A DNA stretch of 64,000 nt, from assembly GCA_030650025.1 (NCBI GenBank), contig JAUSEN010000025.1:601-64600 (forward strand), read 5' to 3'. Numbering within the stretch: position 1 is the first letter of the stretch; the number at the start of each line of letters is the position of its first letter. This stretch comes from Candidatus Magasanikiibacteriota bacterium (GTDB lineage Bacteria > Patescibacteriota > Patescibacteriia > Magasanikbacterales > GWA2-37-8). This document shows, piece after piece, positions 49,405 to 59,016 of this stretch. A program made the position numbers and the translations under genes. Below the pieces are notes generated by a model. The model was not told the origin of the DNA and did no database searches. It saw only the letters and a list, made by a program, of their open reading frames with translations.

Positions 49405-51423
49405 TTAGCTCAAGACCAGCTTTTTCTCTTTCTTTTCTTCTTTATACGCTTCGAGAACGTCGCCCTCTTCGATTTTTAATTTACCTTCAAACTGCAGGCC
49501 GCATTCACTGCCGCTGGGGATTTCGTTCACGGCCTGTTTGCCGCTCTGAAGCTGGACCAATTTGCCTAGGCCAATAATCTCACCATCACGTTTAACACGC
49601 ACTTTGGCTTCTTTAACCAATTTACCGCTTTCGACGCGAGCGCCGACGATCATAACTTTTTTATCACTGCGGAATATTTGCAAAACTTTGGCGTTACCAA
49701 GTTCGGTTGTGATGAGTTCGGGATTTAGTAATTTCTGCAATTCTTCTTTAAGATCATCGAATAAATCGTAAATAATTTTGTGCTGCCTAAAAATAATATT
49801 ATTTTTTTGAATCATTTCAAAAGCGACCGGAGTAGTGGTGGTATTAAAACCGTAAATAATAGCGCCGCTCGCCATGGCTCTCTGAACATCATCCGCCGTG
49901 ATATTGCCCAGGCCCTTGGCCACGATTTTAACGCCCACTTCTTCGTTTTTAATCTTTTCAATAGAGCCAACGATGGCTTCGAGCGACCCAAGAGTGTCGG
50001 CCTTAATAACCATGTTAAAATTTTTGTGGCCTTCTTCGGCCGCGGCCTCTTGCTGGGCGGCGGAAACGCGCTGTTCGGCGCCGGTTTGAGTGGCGCGTTT
50101 AGCGCGAACGTCCACGACCTCGGCCGAGTCAGCCTGGCTTAAATCCAAGACATCGCCGACTTGAGGGGCAATTTTAAAACCTAAAATGCGAACTGGGGTA
50201 GAAGGAGGGGCGGCGGTAATATCTTTACCATGATGATCTTTGAGCGCGCGGGCTTTGCCATAAATTTCGCCATTAATAACGAGCGGGTCGTTCACGCGCA
50301 AAGTTCCGGTTTGGACCAAAATAGTCGCGACCGGCCCTTGACCCTTATCCACATGAGCTTCAATAACCGTGCCGGCGGCCGGACGAATGGGGTTGGCCTT
50401 GATACTGCCCTCGTTAACAGCCGCGACCGCGAGCAAAGCATCGAGAAGCTTATCAATATTTTTATTTTCTTTGGCCGAGATTTCTACCATGGGAGTGTCG
50501 CCACTCCAGTCCTCGGGAATAATGTTGTGCTGGGCTAAATCGTTTTTAACTTTTTGCACATCGGCTCCAGGTTTATCGATCTTATTTATCGCAACCACGA
50601 GAGGAAGTTTGGCGGCCTTAATAATGTTAATGGCTTCCACGGTTTGCGGCTTGACAGAATCATCGGCCGCTACCACCAAAATGGCGATGTCCGCCACTTT
50701 GGCGCCGCGGCTCCGCATGACTGTGAAAGCTTCGTGGCCGGGAGTGTCAATAAACGTTAGAAGTTTTTTGGCTTTGGTTTTGGGGTCAGTCCAAACAGTT
50801 TGATAAGCGCCGATGTGCTGGGTAATACCACCGGCTTCGGTGGCCACCACATTGGCACTCCGAATGGCGTCGAGTAACTTGGTTTTGCCGTGGTCCACAT
50901 GACCCATAACCACAATCACGGGTGGGCGGGCGTCCGTGGCATCGGCTGTCAAACGCGTTTCGAGCTGGGCCACATGTTCGGAACTGCCTTCACTTTTATT
51001 TTCGGTAACAGCCGCGACCACGCTAAAGCCTAAATCACCGGCAATAATCGTCGCCGTATCACGGTCAATATTTTCGTTTTGGTTTACCAAGATGCCATTT
51101 TTCATTAGTTCCACGATAAGGGCATTCACCGGTGTTTGCAAGATGTCGGCCAGGGCGCGCACGGTTAATTTGTCGGGAAGGGCGATGGTCGCGCCGCTCG
51201 CCTTGCGGGCTTCTTTTTCTTTTAGTTTTTCTTTTTCTTTTTCTTCTTTTTCACGGCGCTCTAAAATAAAACGAATGCGGCGCCAATCTTTTTGGATCTG
51301 GGTGGCTACTTTGTCATCTATTTTTATGGCCTTGGCGCCAATATCAAAACCAAACTCCGGGAGGACAGACAAGAGCTTTTGGGGGTGGATATTTAGCTGG
51401 CGAGCAAGTTCGGAGACATTCAT
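49405..51423 (-). CDS. infB: Translation initiation factor IF-2
   Basis: GHVDHGKT, GGITQHIGA, DTPGHEAF, NKID. Confidence 0.98.
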   Translation of the reverse strand: MNVSELARQLNIHPQKLLSVLPEFGFDIGAKAIKIDDKVATQIQKDWRRIRFILERREKEEKEKEKLKEKEARKASGATIALPDKLTVRALADILQTPVNALIVELMKNGILVNQNENIDRDTATIIAGDLGFSVVAAVTENKSEGSSEHVAQLETRLTADATDARPPVIVVMGHVDHGKTKLLDAIRSANVVATEAGGITQHIGAYQTVWTDPKTKAKKLLTFIDTPGHEAFTVMRSRGAKVADIAILVVAADDSVKPQTVEAINIIKAAKLPLVVAINKIDKPGADVQKVKNDLAQHNIIPEDWSGDTPMVEISAKENKNIDKLLDALLAVAAVNEGSIKANPIRPAAGTVIEAHVDKGQGPVATILVQTGTLRVNDPLVINGEIYGKARALKDHHGKDITAAPPSTPVRILGFKIAPQVGDVLDLSQADSAEVVDVRAKRATQTGAEQRVSAAQQEAAAEEGHKNFNMVIKADTLGSLEAIVGSIEKIKNEEVGVKIVAKGLGNITADDVQRAMASGAIIYGFNTTTTPVAFEMIQKNNIIFRQHKIIYDLFDDLKEELQKLLNPELITTELGNAKVLQIFRSDKKVMIVGARVESGKLVKEAKVRVKRDGEIIGLGKLVQLQSGKQAVNEIPSGSECGLQFEGKLKIEEGDVLEAYKEEKKEKKLVLS

Positions 51424-51570
51424 GAGTAAAAAAACTATAAGCCTTATTTAAATTTAGGCTAATCTGCGACTATTATATAGAAGAAACGAGTTTAAGTCAA
51501 TGGAAGGTATGACATGAAAGGCATGCCGGTAGGACATTTTAACTTCCGGTTGACATGAAAGGCACACAGT

Positions 51571-51616
51571 TTGACAAAATTCTAATACTACGCTATACTA
51601 AGTCGTTCTTTGAAAA
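51571..51616 (+). promoter_or_regulatory. Sigma70 promoter followed by boxA-like motif
   Basis: TTGACA-17-TATACT; GTTCTTTGAAAA at 51605-51616. Confidence 0.6.
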
Positions 51617-51750
51617 TAATTGTGGTGGGGGGAAAAATGGCCAAAATATGGCTTTTTTTGTAAAATTCGCCATTTTTCCCCCCACCAATTCACCACAACC
51701 TTCACAAGAGCGCGTAATTCGGCGGGGAACGCTCTAGACAAGGATAGGAC

Positions 51751-52320
51751 ATGAAATGGAGCCACATCAAAGAACTGCTCGTCCGCCTCGTCGGCCGCGA
51801 GCGCAACCCCGGCACCGATGACAACCCCGAACGCGAGCAGAGCAACGACGGCCAGCCCCACGAGGTCGACGTCAGCGAGCTCCTCGGTGCGCTCTTGGGC
51901 GGCCTGGCCCACGTGCGGAGCACGCCGTTCGTGATCAAGATCACCGTCATGGCCGGTGGCGCGGATCTCTCGCAGTCCAACCTCGAGGGCGTTGTCTTCG
52001 ACCAGGAGTCCGACCACCCGTGGCGCACGCGGTGGGTCGTCGGCGGCGGGCTCGTGCTCGCCATCTCGGGCTGTACCACCTGCCAGCGCGAGAAGCTCGA
52101 GGTGGTCAACTTCGCGACCCACGACTGGGCGCTCGCGGAGACCCGGCGCCCGCGCCCGATCCGCATGGATGACGTGGCCAAGCTCACGGCCAAGCTCATC
52201 CAGCGCGGGGAGGACGTGCGCGCCCTCGCCGAGCTCGTGACCGAGGCCCAGCGTCTCTTCACGACGCTGGCCACGAAGGAGGAGCCGGCGCAGGCCACCA
52301 AGAGGCGCGGCCGGCGCTGA
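51751..52320 (+). CDS. GC-rich orphan hypothetical protein
   Basis: 189 aa, AGGA before ATG, almost all codons end in G/C in this frame. Confidence 0.7.
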   Translation: MKWSHIKELLVRLVGRERNPGTDDNPEREQSNDGQPHEVDVSELLGALLGGLAHVRSTPFVIKITVMAGGADLSQSNLEGVVFDQESDHPWRTRWVVGGGLVLAISGCTTCQREKLEVVNFATHDWALAETRRPRPIRMDDVAKLTAKLIQRGEDVRALAELVTEAQRLFTTLATKEEPAQATKRRGRR

Positions 52321-52458
52321 ACGGTCGAGGGGCAGTGGTGCGCGACGAAGAACCAATTCGTCGTCGCATCACCTTTTTGCGATAATTGAATCTAAGTTAG
52401 TTAACAACTTAAATTATCATTATCCCAAGAAGGTGACGACGAATTGAAGAAATTATAT

Positions 52459-52490
52459 TAACCCTGCACCGTTCTGGTGCAGGGTTTTTT
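52459..52490 (+). terminator. Intrinsic terminator
   Basis: AACCCTGCACC-GTTCT-GGTGCAGGGTT followed by T run. Confidence 0.75.
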
Positions 52491-52552
52491 ATTTGCCCGG
52501 TTACTTGCTTTTTTTTATTTTTGCGATTATTCTAGTGGTATAAATATTTATT

Positions 52553-53320
52553 ATGACCCCTCTCCCTCCTGATTTCCTCCTCATCAACAAACCAGCGGGC
52601 TGGACCAGTTTTGACGTGGTGAATTTTATTAGAAAAAAAGCGCGCGTCGATTCTGGAAATAAAAAAATCCGTGTGGGCCACGCGGGCACGCTTGATCCGT
52701 TCGCCACCGGCCTCTTAATTGTAGGCGTGGGGCGGGAGGCAACTAAAAAATTAGATGAATTTAAAAATTTGCCCAAGACTTATCTGGCCACTATAAAATT
52801 GGGAGCGACCAGTGATACGGGAGATGTGACTGGAGTAATTACCGAGACCCCACCCTCGCCCTCCCCTTTGCTAAGGGGAGGGGAATCGCCCTCCTCCATC
52901 GCAATGGAGGGGGTAGGGGGAGGATTCGCCTTTGGCAAGGAGGGGCTGGGGGAAGTTTCGGAAAAACAAATCAAAAAAATCTTAAAACAATTTCTTGGCA
53001 AGCAAAGGCAAATTCCACCGATGTACTCGGCTAAAAAAATTGGCGGGCAGAGATTGTATAAATTAGCGCGCGCCGGAAAAACTATTAAACGAGAGCCGAG
53101 TGAAATTGAAATTTATAAAATCAAATTGCTCTCTTATGATTGGCCAATTCTAAAAATCGAAGTAACGTGCGGCGCGGGGACGTATATCCGTACTCTGGCC
53201 GAAGACATTGGCAAAAAACTGGGGACCATGGCCTACTGCCAAGAACTAACCCGCACTAAAATTGGTCCATATGCGCTAGAGCAAACCACTGATTTCCGAA
53301 GCAAGTCGCCAGCAGCTTGA
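52553..53320 (+). CDS. truB: tRNA pseudouridine(55) synthase with in-frame repeat insertion
   Basis: NKPAGWTSFDVV, GHAGTLDPFATG, PPMYSAKK, GTYIRTLAEDIG. Confidence 0.96.
   Translation: MTPLPPDFLLINKPAGWTSFDVVNFIRKKARVDSGNKKIRVGHAGTLDPFATGLLIVGVGREATKKLDEFKNLPKTYLATIKLGATSDTGDVTGVITETPPSPSPLLRGGESPSSIAMEGVGGGFAFGKEGLGEVSEKQIKKILKQFLGKQRQIPPMYSAKKIGGQRLYKLARAGKTIKREPSEIEIYKIKLLSYDWPILKIEVTCGAGTYIRTLAEDIGKKLGTMAYCQELTRTKIGPYALEQTTDFRSKSPAA
52848..52955. mobile_element. C-tail hairpin doublet plus partial third unit in truB
   Basis: 52848-52883 (+), 52889-52924 (-), truncated unit 52929-52955; encodes PPSPSPLLRGGESPSSIAMEGVGGGFAFGKEGLGE. Confidence 0.85.
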
Positions 53321-53375
53321 CAACTGCCGCTAACACTTCTACTATTACCCCTAATTCAACCGCAGGAGGACGCCC

Positions 53376-53552
53376 ATGACAACGAAAGGAAAATGCGGCG
53401 TCCCCAAGATGCCGCGGCAAGCGCCGCGCCCGCGACGTATCCCCCGCTTCTCGCGCCGGGTGATGCCGAAGAAGCGGCTCCGGCGTTTGCGCGCTGAAGC
53501 GCGCAGAAAGCAGCGCCGGAAAAAGGCGAAAAAAGAGAAAGGAAGAGGCTAA
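53376..53552 (+). CDS. Small very basic peptide (58 aa; below ORF-track cutoff)
   Basis: TTGACA-17-TACTAT promoter (53317-53345), AGGAGG SD; MTTKGKCGVPKMPRQAPRPRRIPRFSRRVMPKKRLRRLRAEARRKQRRKKAKKEKGRG. Confidence 0.55.
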   Translation: MTTKGKCGVPKMPRQAPRPRRIPRFSRRVMPKKRLRRLRAEARRKQRRKKAKKEKGRG

Positions 53553-53747
53553 AGCCGAAGGAGGACAACGACCCCAGGAAACTCGATGTGGCCCTGCCGT
53601 ACATACGCCCGGCCGCTCTTCTCCGCGGGGTCCACATCACTTTTAAACTTCGGCCCATTTTATTAAATGGACCGATTTTAATTAAATTTGACAAAAACCG
53701 ACATTATTTCTAATATATCTCTAGGGTAAAGACATTAATTTTTTCTT

Positions 53748-53993
53748 ATGCCACGCCTAGAAATTCCCATAATACCAGTGCCGGGCAGGACACCTAATGG
53801 AGAGATGGAGCGCCGTAATAGAATCGAACGCGGCGAGGTTGATGTTGACACCAGGCAACAACCAGAAATCCGCGAGGCTCCGCACGGTCGCACCGCCGAA
53901 GAATGGAGACAGTGGCAAGACCATATCAGAAAACACCCCGAGGACGACCCCAACAAGAATCCAAATGCTGAACGCGGCGTTGCTTACTTGTAA
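53748..53993 (+). CDS. Small hypothetical protein
   Basis: 81 aa, AT-rich promoter-like region upstream, hairpin 54019-54043 downstream. Confidence 0.55.
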   Translation: MPRLEIPIIPVPGRTPNGEMERRNRIERGEVDVDTRQQPEIREAPHGRTAEEWRQWQDHIRKHPEDDPNKNPNAERGVAYL

Positions 53994-54096
53994 TTCAATC
54001 CACCACTTTCGCAAGATCTAAACCCTCATAAAACAAGGGTTTACCGTGCCTTGACTACCCCACTCCACTTATGATATGCTTAAGGCATAATTAATT

Positions 54097-54297
54097 AAAA
54101 GTTTTGGGGATAGTCCGAATAGGCATTTACAGTTTCTGAATTTGCCTTTACCAAGCCAAAAATTGCTTAAAACATGTACAGACACAACTCTTCATGGGCT
54201 TTAAAAACCTCTGAAGCGGCCTAAACCGCCGCGTGTTTTGCATAGCGAATAAGCGCTCTTCTGGCTTTTGGATAGTTCCTCAAAATTTTGAGGAACT
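54097..54297 (+). ncRNA. Candidate 6S RNA / structured RNA upstream of rny
   Basis: ~190-nt irregular rod: ends pair, TCCGAA/TTTGGA, AGCCA/TGGCT, AAAACATG/CGTGTTTT; promoter-like TTGACT..TATGCT upstream. Confidence 0.4.
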
Positions 54298-54356
54298 TTT
54301 GTTAACGACCAGAATTTTCAAGACCGCTTAAGCGGGCGCAGAAAATTATGTGTCAG

Positions 54357-54376
54357 CCTGCCTACCGGCAGGCAGG
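54357..54376. repeat. 20-bp palindrome CCTGCCTACCGGCAGGCAGG
   Basis: Identical copy at 58519-58538. Confidence 0.8.
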
Positions 54377-54423
54377 TTAACAATCCGCCTGGGGCGGGAT
54401 AATTCAAATAATTTTTATTCATT

Positions 54424-55956
54424 ATGCCAATTAAGTGGATAATTGCCGGCATTGTGGCCGCGCTTTCGGGGGCCTTAGGCCTCGCGGTAGGTTATTATTT
54501 GCGCAAACAAATCGCGCGCGGCGAAGCTAACTCGGTAGAAGCTAAAGCCGAAACCATGCTTACCGAAGCGAAAAATAAACAGCAGGGTATTATTCTGGAA
54601 GGTAAAGAAAAGGCGGTGCAAGCGCTCGACGAAGTGAAACGCGAAGAACAACGCCTGCGCCAGGATTTGCAAAAAGAAAAACAGCGCCTGGAGCAACGCG
54701 AAAACACATTTGACCAAAAGCTCTTGGAAATCCAAGACAAAGAAGCCAAGCTGGTGGAAAAAATCGAACGCGTCAAACAAATCAAAGTAGAAATAGAAGG
54801 GCTCCGCGACCAACAAATTACTAAATTGCAAGAAGTGGCCGGGCTCTCTAAAGATGACGCTCGAGACGAGCTGTTAAAAAAGATCGAGGAAGTTAGTAAA
54901 ACCGACCTCTTGGGGCGCGTGATAAAACTGGAAAAAGAATCCACCGAGGTTTATGAAGAAAAAGCGCGCGAAATTCTCTCGGACTGCATGCAGAGGTGCG
55001 CTTCGTCGGTCGCGGCCGAGAACACGGCCACGATAGTCAACATTCCGAGCGAAGAAATGAAAGGGCGTATTATCGGCAAAGAAGGCCGCAATATTAAAAC
55101 CATTGAAAAACTAACGGGCTGTGAAATTGTGATTGACGACACGCCAGATTCTATTATCATCTCGGGCTTCTCCATGATTCGCCGCCAAATCGCGCGCTTA
55201 GCCCTGGAAAAACTGATTGCCGATGGCCGCATTCAGCCGGCGCGCATTGAGGAGTTTGTGGAAAAAGCCAAGCAGGATTTATCGCTCGATATTAAAAAAG
55301 CGGGCGAAGAAGCGCTCTATAAAATGGGCATTACGGGCATTGACCCAAAACTCGTTAATATTGTCGGCCGCCTTAAATATCGCACCAGCTATGGGCAGAG
55401 TGTCATGAACCATTCAATGGAAGTTGGCTATGTGTCTGGTATGATCGCTAACGAACTTGGCCTTAATGCCACGCTCGCCAAAAAATGCGGCTTCTTCCAT
55501 GATATTGGCAAAGCCGTGGACCATGAGACGCAAGGAAGCCACCCTGAAATTGGCCACCTGATCCTGAAGAAATTCAACATGGACGAGGACGTGGCCCAGG
55601 CCGCCCTAACGCATCACCACGACAAACCATATAACATCTACTCTTCTATTGCCAAAGCCGCGGACGCGATCTCGGCCTCGCGCGTCGGAGCCCGCCGCGA
55701 TTCGTACGAGCAATATGTTGCCCGCTTAGAAGACCTGGAGAAAACTGCCAGCTCGTTTACTGGTATTGAAAAGGTTTATGCCATTCAAGCTGGCCGTGAG
55801 GTGCGCATTTTTGTCCGTCCTAATGAAATTGACGATTACTCGGCCTTCCAACTCGCTAAAGATATCGCGCACAAAATTGAACAGGAGCTTAAATACCCGG
55901 GCGAAATCCGCGTTACTCTGATTCGCGAAACCCGCGTGGTCGAATACGCGAAATAA
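54424..55956 (+). CDS. rny: Ribonuclease Y
   Basis: TM + coiled coil, MKGRIIGKEGRNI (KH), HDIGKA (HD), YAIQAGREVR. Confidence 0.98.
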   Translation: MPIKWIIAGIVAALSGALGLAVGYYLRKQIARGEANSVEAKAETMLTEAKNKQQGIILEGKEKAVQALDEVKREEQRLRQDLQKEKQRLEQRENTFDQKLLEIQDKEAKLVEKIERVKQIKVEIEGLRDQQITKLQEVAGLSKDDARDELLKKIEEVSKTDLLGRVIKLEKESTEVYEEKAREILSDCMQRCASSVAAENTATIVNIPSEEMKGRIIGKEGRNIKTIEKLTGCEIVIDDTPDSIIISGFSMIRRQIARLALEKLIADGRIQPARIEEFVEKAKQDLSLDIKKAGEEALYKMGITGIDPKLVNIVGRLKYRTSYGQSVMNHSMEVGYVSGMIANELGLNATLAKKCGFFHDIGKAVDHETQGSHPEIGHLILKKFNMDEDVAQAALTHHHDKPYNIYSSIAKAADAISASRVGARRDSYEQYVARLEDLEKTASSFTGIEKVYAIQAGREVRIFVRPNEIDDYSAFQLAKDIAHKIEQELKYPGEIRVTLIRETRVVEYAK

Positions 55957-56083
55957 TTTGAAAAATTATGATTCAGGTGCCTGCAGTGTACCAGAGGTCG
56001 CCTTAGGCGACCGACTGGTACACTGTGGATAACTAATTTGCGCTAATTATAGCCGAACTTTGCGTCTAGTGCTATAATGACCT

Positions 56084-56189
56084 TGTCATTCTGAGCACAT
56101 TCGCTACGCTCAGTGTAAACTCCGCGAAGAATCTAAGGGCAAACAGGCAGAAAAAAACGCTTAGATCTTTCGCTTCGCTCAAGATGACA
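56084..56189. repeat. TGTCAT-family doublet, copy 3 (inverted, with nested insert)
   Basis: Reverse complement of the 4301-4380 arms; ACATTCGCTACGCTCAGTGTAAACTCC replaces GTA in one arm. Confidence 0.8.
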
Positions 56190-56224
56190 AATAATATAAA
56201 TATTTTATTTTTAAGCTAAGTTCT

Positions 56225-56506
56225 ATGAACAAAGCAGAGTTGGCCCAGGTGTTGGCCGAGAAATTAAATGTCTCTAAAAAAGAAGCCGAGGATATGCTTA
56301 ATATGTTTGTGGATGTGGTGATTGAGCAGTTAAAGAAAAACGAAGAGGTGGTGTTGACCGGCTTTGGCGCTTTTAGCGCCAAGATGCGCGCGGCCAGAAC
56401 CGGCGTGAACCCTCAAAACCCAACCCAAAAAATTCAGATCCCAGCGGTGCGCGTGCCTAAATTTAAGGCTGGCAAAGCACTCAAGGACGCGCTTAAGGCT
56501 ACTTAA
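56225..56506 (+). CDS. hup: DNA-binding protein HU
   Basis: MNKAEL, GFGAF, RTGVNP, PKFKAGKALKD. Confidence 0.96.
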   Translation: MNKAELAQVLAEKLNVSKKEAEDMLNMFVDVVIEQLKKNEEVVLTGFGAFSAKMRAARTGVNPQNPTQKIQIPAVRVPKFKAGKALKDALKAT

Positions 56507-56603
56507 TTCTAGCTCTATATTTTATAATTAAAACCCTCTAAATTACAGAGGGTTTTATTTTGAAAATTAATTCTTAATTAATTTTATTCTTAATCAAGAA
56601 AAT

Positions 56604-57362
56604 ATGGAAGTTGCAAATGCAGCGACCGCGCCAAAATTACCCGGGTCTTGGGAATTATTTAAAAGCTCTTGGCAAACACTTTTGAATAATCGAAATTTGT
56701 TTGCCTGGCCAATCGTCATAGTATTTCTGATTGATTTTGTTTTTGGGATCGCGGAATATTTTACCGCTAGCCCGGCCATGATGTTGGCCAGTTGGTTGGT
56801 GGGGAAATTAGCAGAAATTTGGGTGCTAGTGGTAATCGCGAAAATAATAAAAGATCTCCACAGTAAAACCGGGGCCACTACCAACTATATGCAGGCGGCC
56901 TTGGCCTTACTCCCGGTAGCCACGGTGACAGCCGTCATTATGGGCCTTCTTAATGGCCTATTATACTTCGCGCTGATTGTGCCGGGCATTATCTTTAGTT
57001 TTTACTGGGCTTTTACTTTGTTCGCCCTAGCCGTGACCGACAAAAAATATAAAGCGGCCATGAACTATAGCAAATACTTAGTAAAGGGCAGAGCGGCGGT
57101 ATTATTTGGATATATGCTATTTTTTGCTATCGTCGGCGGGCTGATCGCACTCCTTCTGGTGGCGCCGGTCTTATTGATAGCCGGAACGTTTGAACAAAAT
57201 TTGTTAGTTGAATACTTGAATAACAACTTGGCCGCGGGGGTCTATGTTTTGGCGATTGCCGAGATATTTACCGCTTTTGGCTTAATATATACCGCGAAAT
57301 TATACTTAGCGTTTGAAGAAACCAAGCCGGCGGTGACAGCCACCCCAGTGGTGAAAGTTTAA
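56604..57362 (+). CDS. Integral membrane hypothetical protein
   Basis: Multiple TM helices, LIVPGIIF, SKYLVKG. Confidence 0.75.
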   Translation: MEVANAATAPKLPGSWELFKSSWQTLLNNRNLFAWPIVIVFLIDFVFGIAEYFTASPAMMLASWLVGKLAEIWVLVVIAKIIKDLHSKTGATTNYMQAALALLPVATVTAVIMGLLNGLLYFALIVPGIIFSFYWAFTLFALAVTDKKYKAAMNYSKYLVKGRAAVLFGYMLFFAIVGGLIALLLVAPVLLIAGTFEQNLLVEYLNNNLAAGVYVLAIAEIFTAFGLIYTAKLYLAFEETKPAVTATPVVKV

Positions 57363-57372
57363 AAAAATTTGG

Positions 57373-58308
57373 CTAAGCGGCCTTAGCCATTTGGGTTCGC
57401 TCTTCTAAATCAAAGTCTTCTCCAAGTTTCTCCAGCAATTTATTATCAAAAGCGCCGCAAGAACTTAAATAACGGCGAACCTCGCTGTAAACCGAAATAT
57501 CTACCGGCTTCTTGCCAAAAGCGTAATCAATAAAAGCTTCGCCGCCGGCTCCCAGCCCTTTTCTATATTCTTCTTCGTGCGCGCGCAGTTGCGGCGTATC
57601 AGGGAGATTAGGCGGCTCCCACCGAAAAGTATAAAACAGATCAATTTCTGATTGGCTAAAAATTTTATCAAACGCGCGCAAACAGCCGCGTTCCGCGTCG
57701 CGTTCCAACAGTTGCGCTGGTAATCGCGCCAGCTGTTCCCGCTCAATTTGCTCGTGAACAGCAAACTTCGGCAATAAGCTTCCAAGCAATGCCTGCAAAG
57801 TTTCGGGGGTCTGTTTCCCGGTGAGAATATTTTCCGGTTCGTAAAAATTAACTAGCAGAGCCTCCAGCTTAGGATCGCGAAACTGGGCGGCATGCCGCAA
57901 TTCGTGTAGCAACATGGCTACTTCGCGAGGCGAACGGAGCGGCGGAATAATTATAATCTCGGGATCAAGCTCCCACCCGCATTGTTCTATCGTGCTATCA
58001 ACAATCACGGGTACGTGGTGCGGGTTAAATTGATCCAACAATTCAACAGTAGCGCCAGTGTCCGGGTGTTCCAGGATGCAACTCCGCAAACGCTGGCCGG
58101 CATAAGGCTCCAGCCCCGGAGCTTCCGACACCTCAAGCCTGGTCGGAGTGGTTTCCATTTCTACTGTTACCCGAGCGCGCACTTGGCCATGTAAATCGTG
58201 AAATTCATAGTAGTGCGTGGCTGTCTCCGGCGCTGGTCTTGCCTCGGGACGCCGGGCCAGCGCTGGTCTTGCCAGAGGCTGGGTTTCGGAACCCAATTGT
58301 TCGTACAT
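57373..58308 (-). CDS. Hypothetical protein with HExxH zincin-like motif
   Basis: LLHELRHAAQ and downstream ERDAE. Confidence 0.6.
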   Translation of the reverse strand: MYEQLGSETQPLARPALARRPEARPAPETATHYYEFHDLHGQVRARVTVEMETTPTRLEVSEAPGLEPYAGQRLRSCILEHPDTGATVELLDQFNPHHVPVIVDSTIEQCGWELDPEIIIIPPLRSPREVAMLLHELRHAAQFRDPKLEALLVNFYEPENILTGKQTPETLQALLGSLLPKFAVHEQIEREQLARLPAQLLERDAERGCLRAFDKIFSQSEIDLFYTFRWEPPNLPDTPQLRAHEEEYRKGLGAGGEAFIDYAFGKKPVDISVYSEVRRYLSSCGAFDNKLLEKLGEDFDLEERTQMAKAA

Positions 58309-58569
58309 AAATGGCTAATTATATTTTTAAATTTAAGTTAGTGACTTAGCTAGAGCGTATCTAATCATAAAATTACCACGAAGGCAAGCGCCAGACGCCC
58401 AGCCCAGTGCAGTTGACTTTTCTTAAAAAAAAATGTACACTTTGCTATGTTCGCTGAATTCGGTGGCTGTGCTATCCGAAGCTTTAGCGAAGTTTGCCTC
58501 GAGCGAAAAACGGCTTGCCCTGCCTACCGGCAGGCAGGCGTCCGTAGCTCGCCAGGGCGAGCGTAGGAC

Positions 58570-58644
58570 GGCCCCATCGTCTAATGGTTAGGACATTTCG
58601 CTTTCAATGAAAAAATACGGGTTCGATTCCCGTTGGGGCTACCA
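58570..58644 (+). tRNA. tRNA-Glu (TTC)
   Basis: GGCCCCA/TGGGGCT acceptor, loop CT-TTC-AA, GGTTCGATTCC, encoded CCA. Confidence 0.92.
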
Positions 58645-58803
58645 CGATAACACAGGTTCAAGTGACCGAGAGGGCTTGGACTTGGCAGATCACGCAAAAG
58701 ACATCCGAAATGGGTGTTTTTTGCTATCTAATTTTAAGGTTTACTTTTTGGCTTAAAAATGATATTATGTTAGTGTTTTTTGAGAAACCTGATTAATATT
58801 AAC

Positions 58804-58956
58804 GTGCAAAAAATCACCGATCAACATGCCAAGTATTTTGCTTATGAGATGACAAAGCGCAGTTCTTCTAATAGTCTTGAAAAATTATCTTCTACATTAT
58901 CCAATGCTCAAGTCGATTTAAATCCCCATCAGATAGAAGCGGCTCTTTTCGCTTAA
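58804..58956 (+). pseudogene. N-terminal fragment of an SNF2-family helicase
   Basis: MQKITDQHAKYFAYEMTKRSSSNSLEKLSSTLSNAQVDLNPHQIEAALFA* stops just after the Q-motif. Confidence 0.7.
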
Positions 58957-59016
58957 GGAATATTCTTTTGATTGTCCCTTCTAGCTTACGGAAACAATTG
59001 GTGCTTATTAGGTAAA

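Noticed and set aside
51598..52356. Minus-strand ORFs of 252 and 199 aa
   Set aside because: Shadow ORFs of a GC-rich gene; promoter, SD and third-position bias favour 51751-52320 (+).
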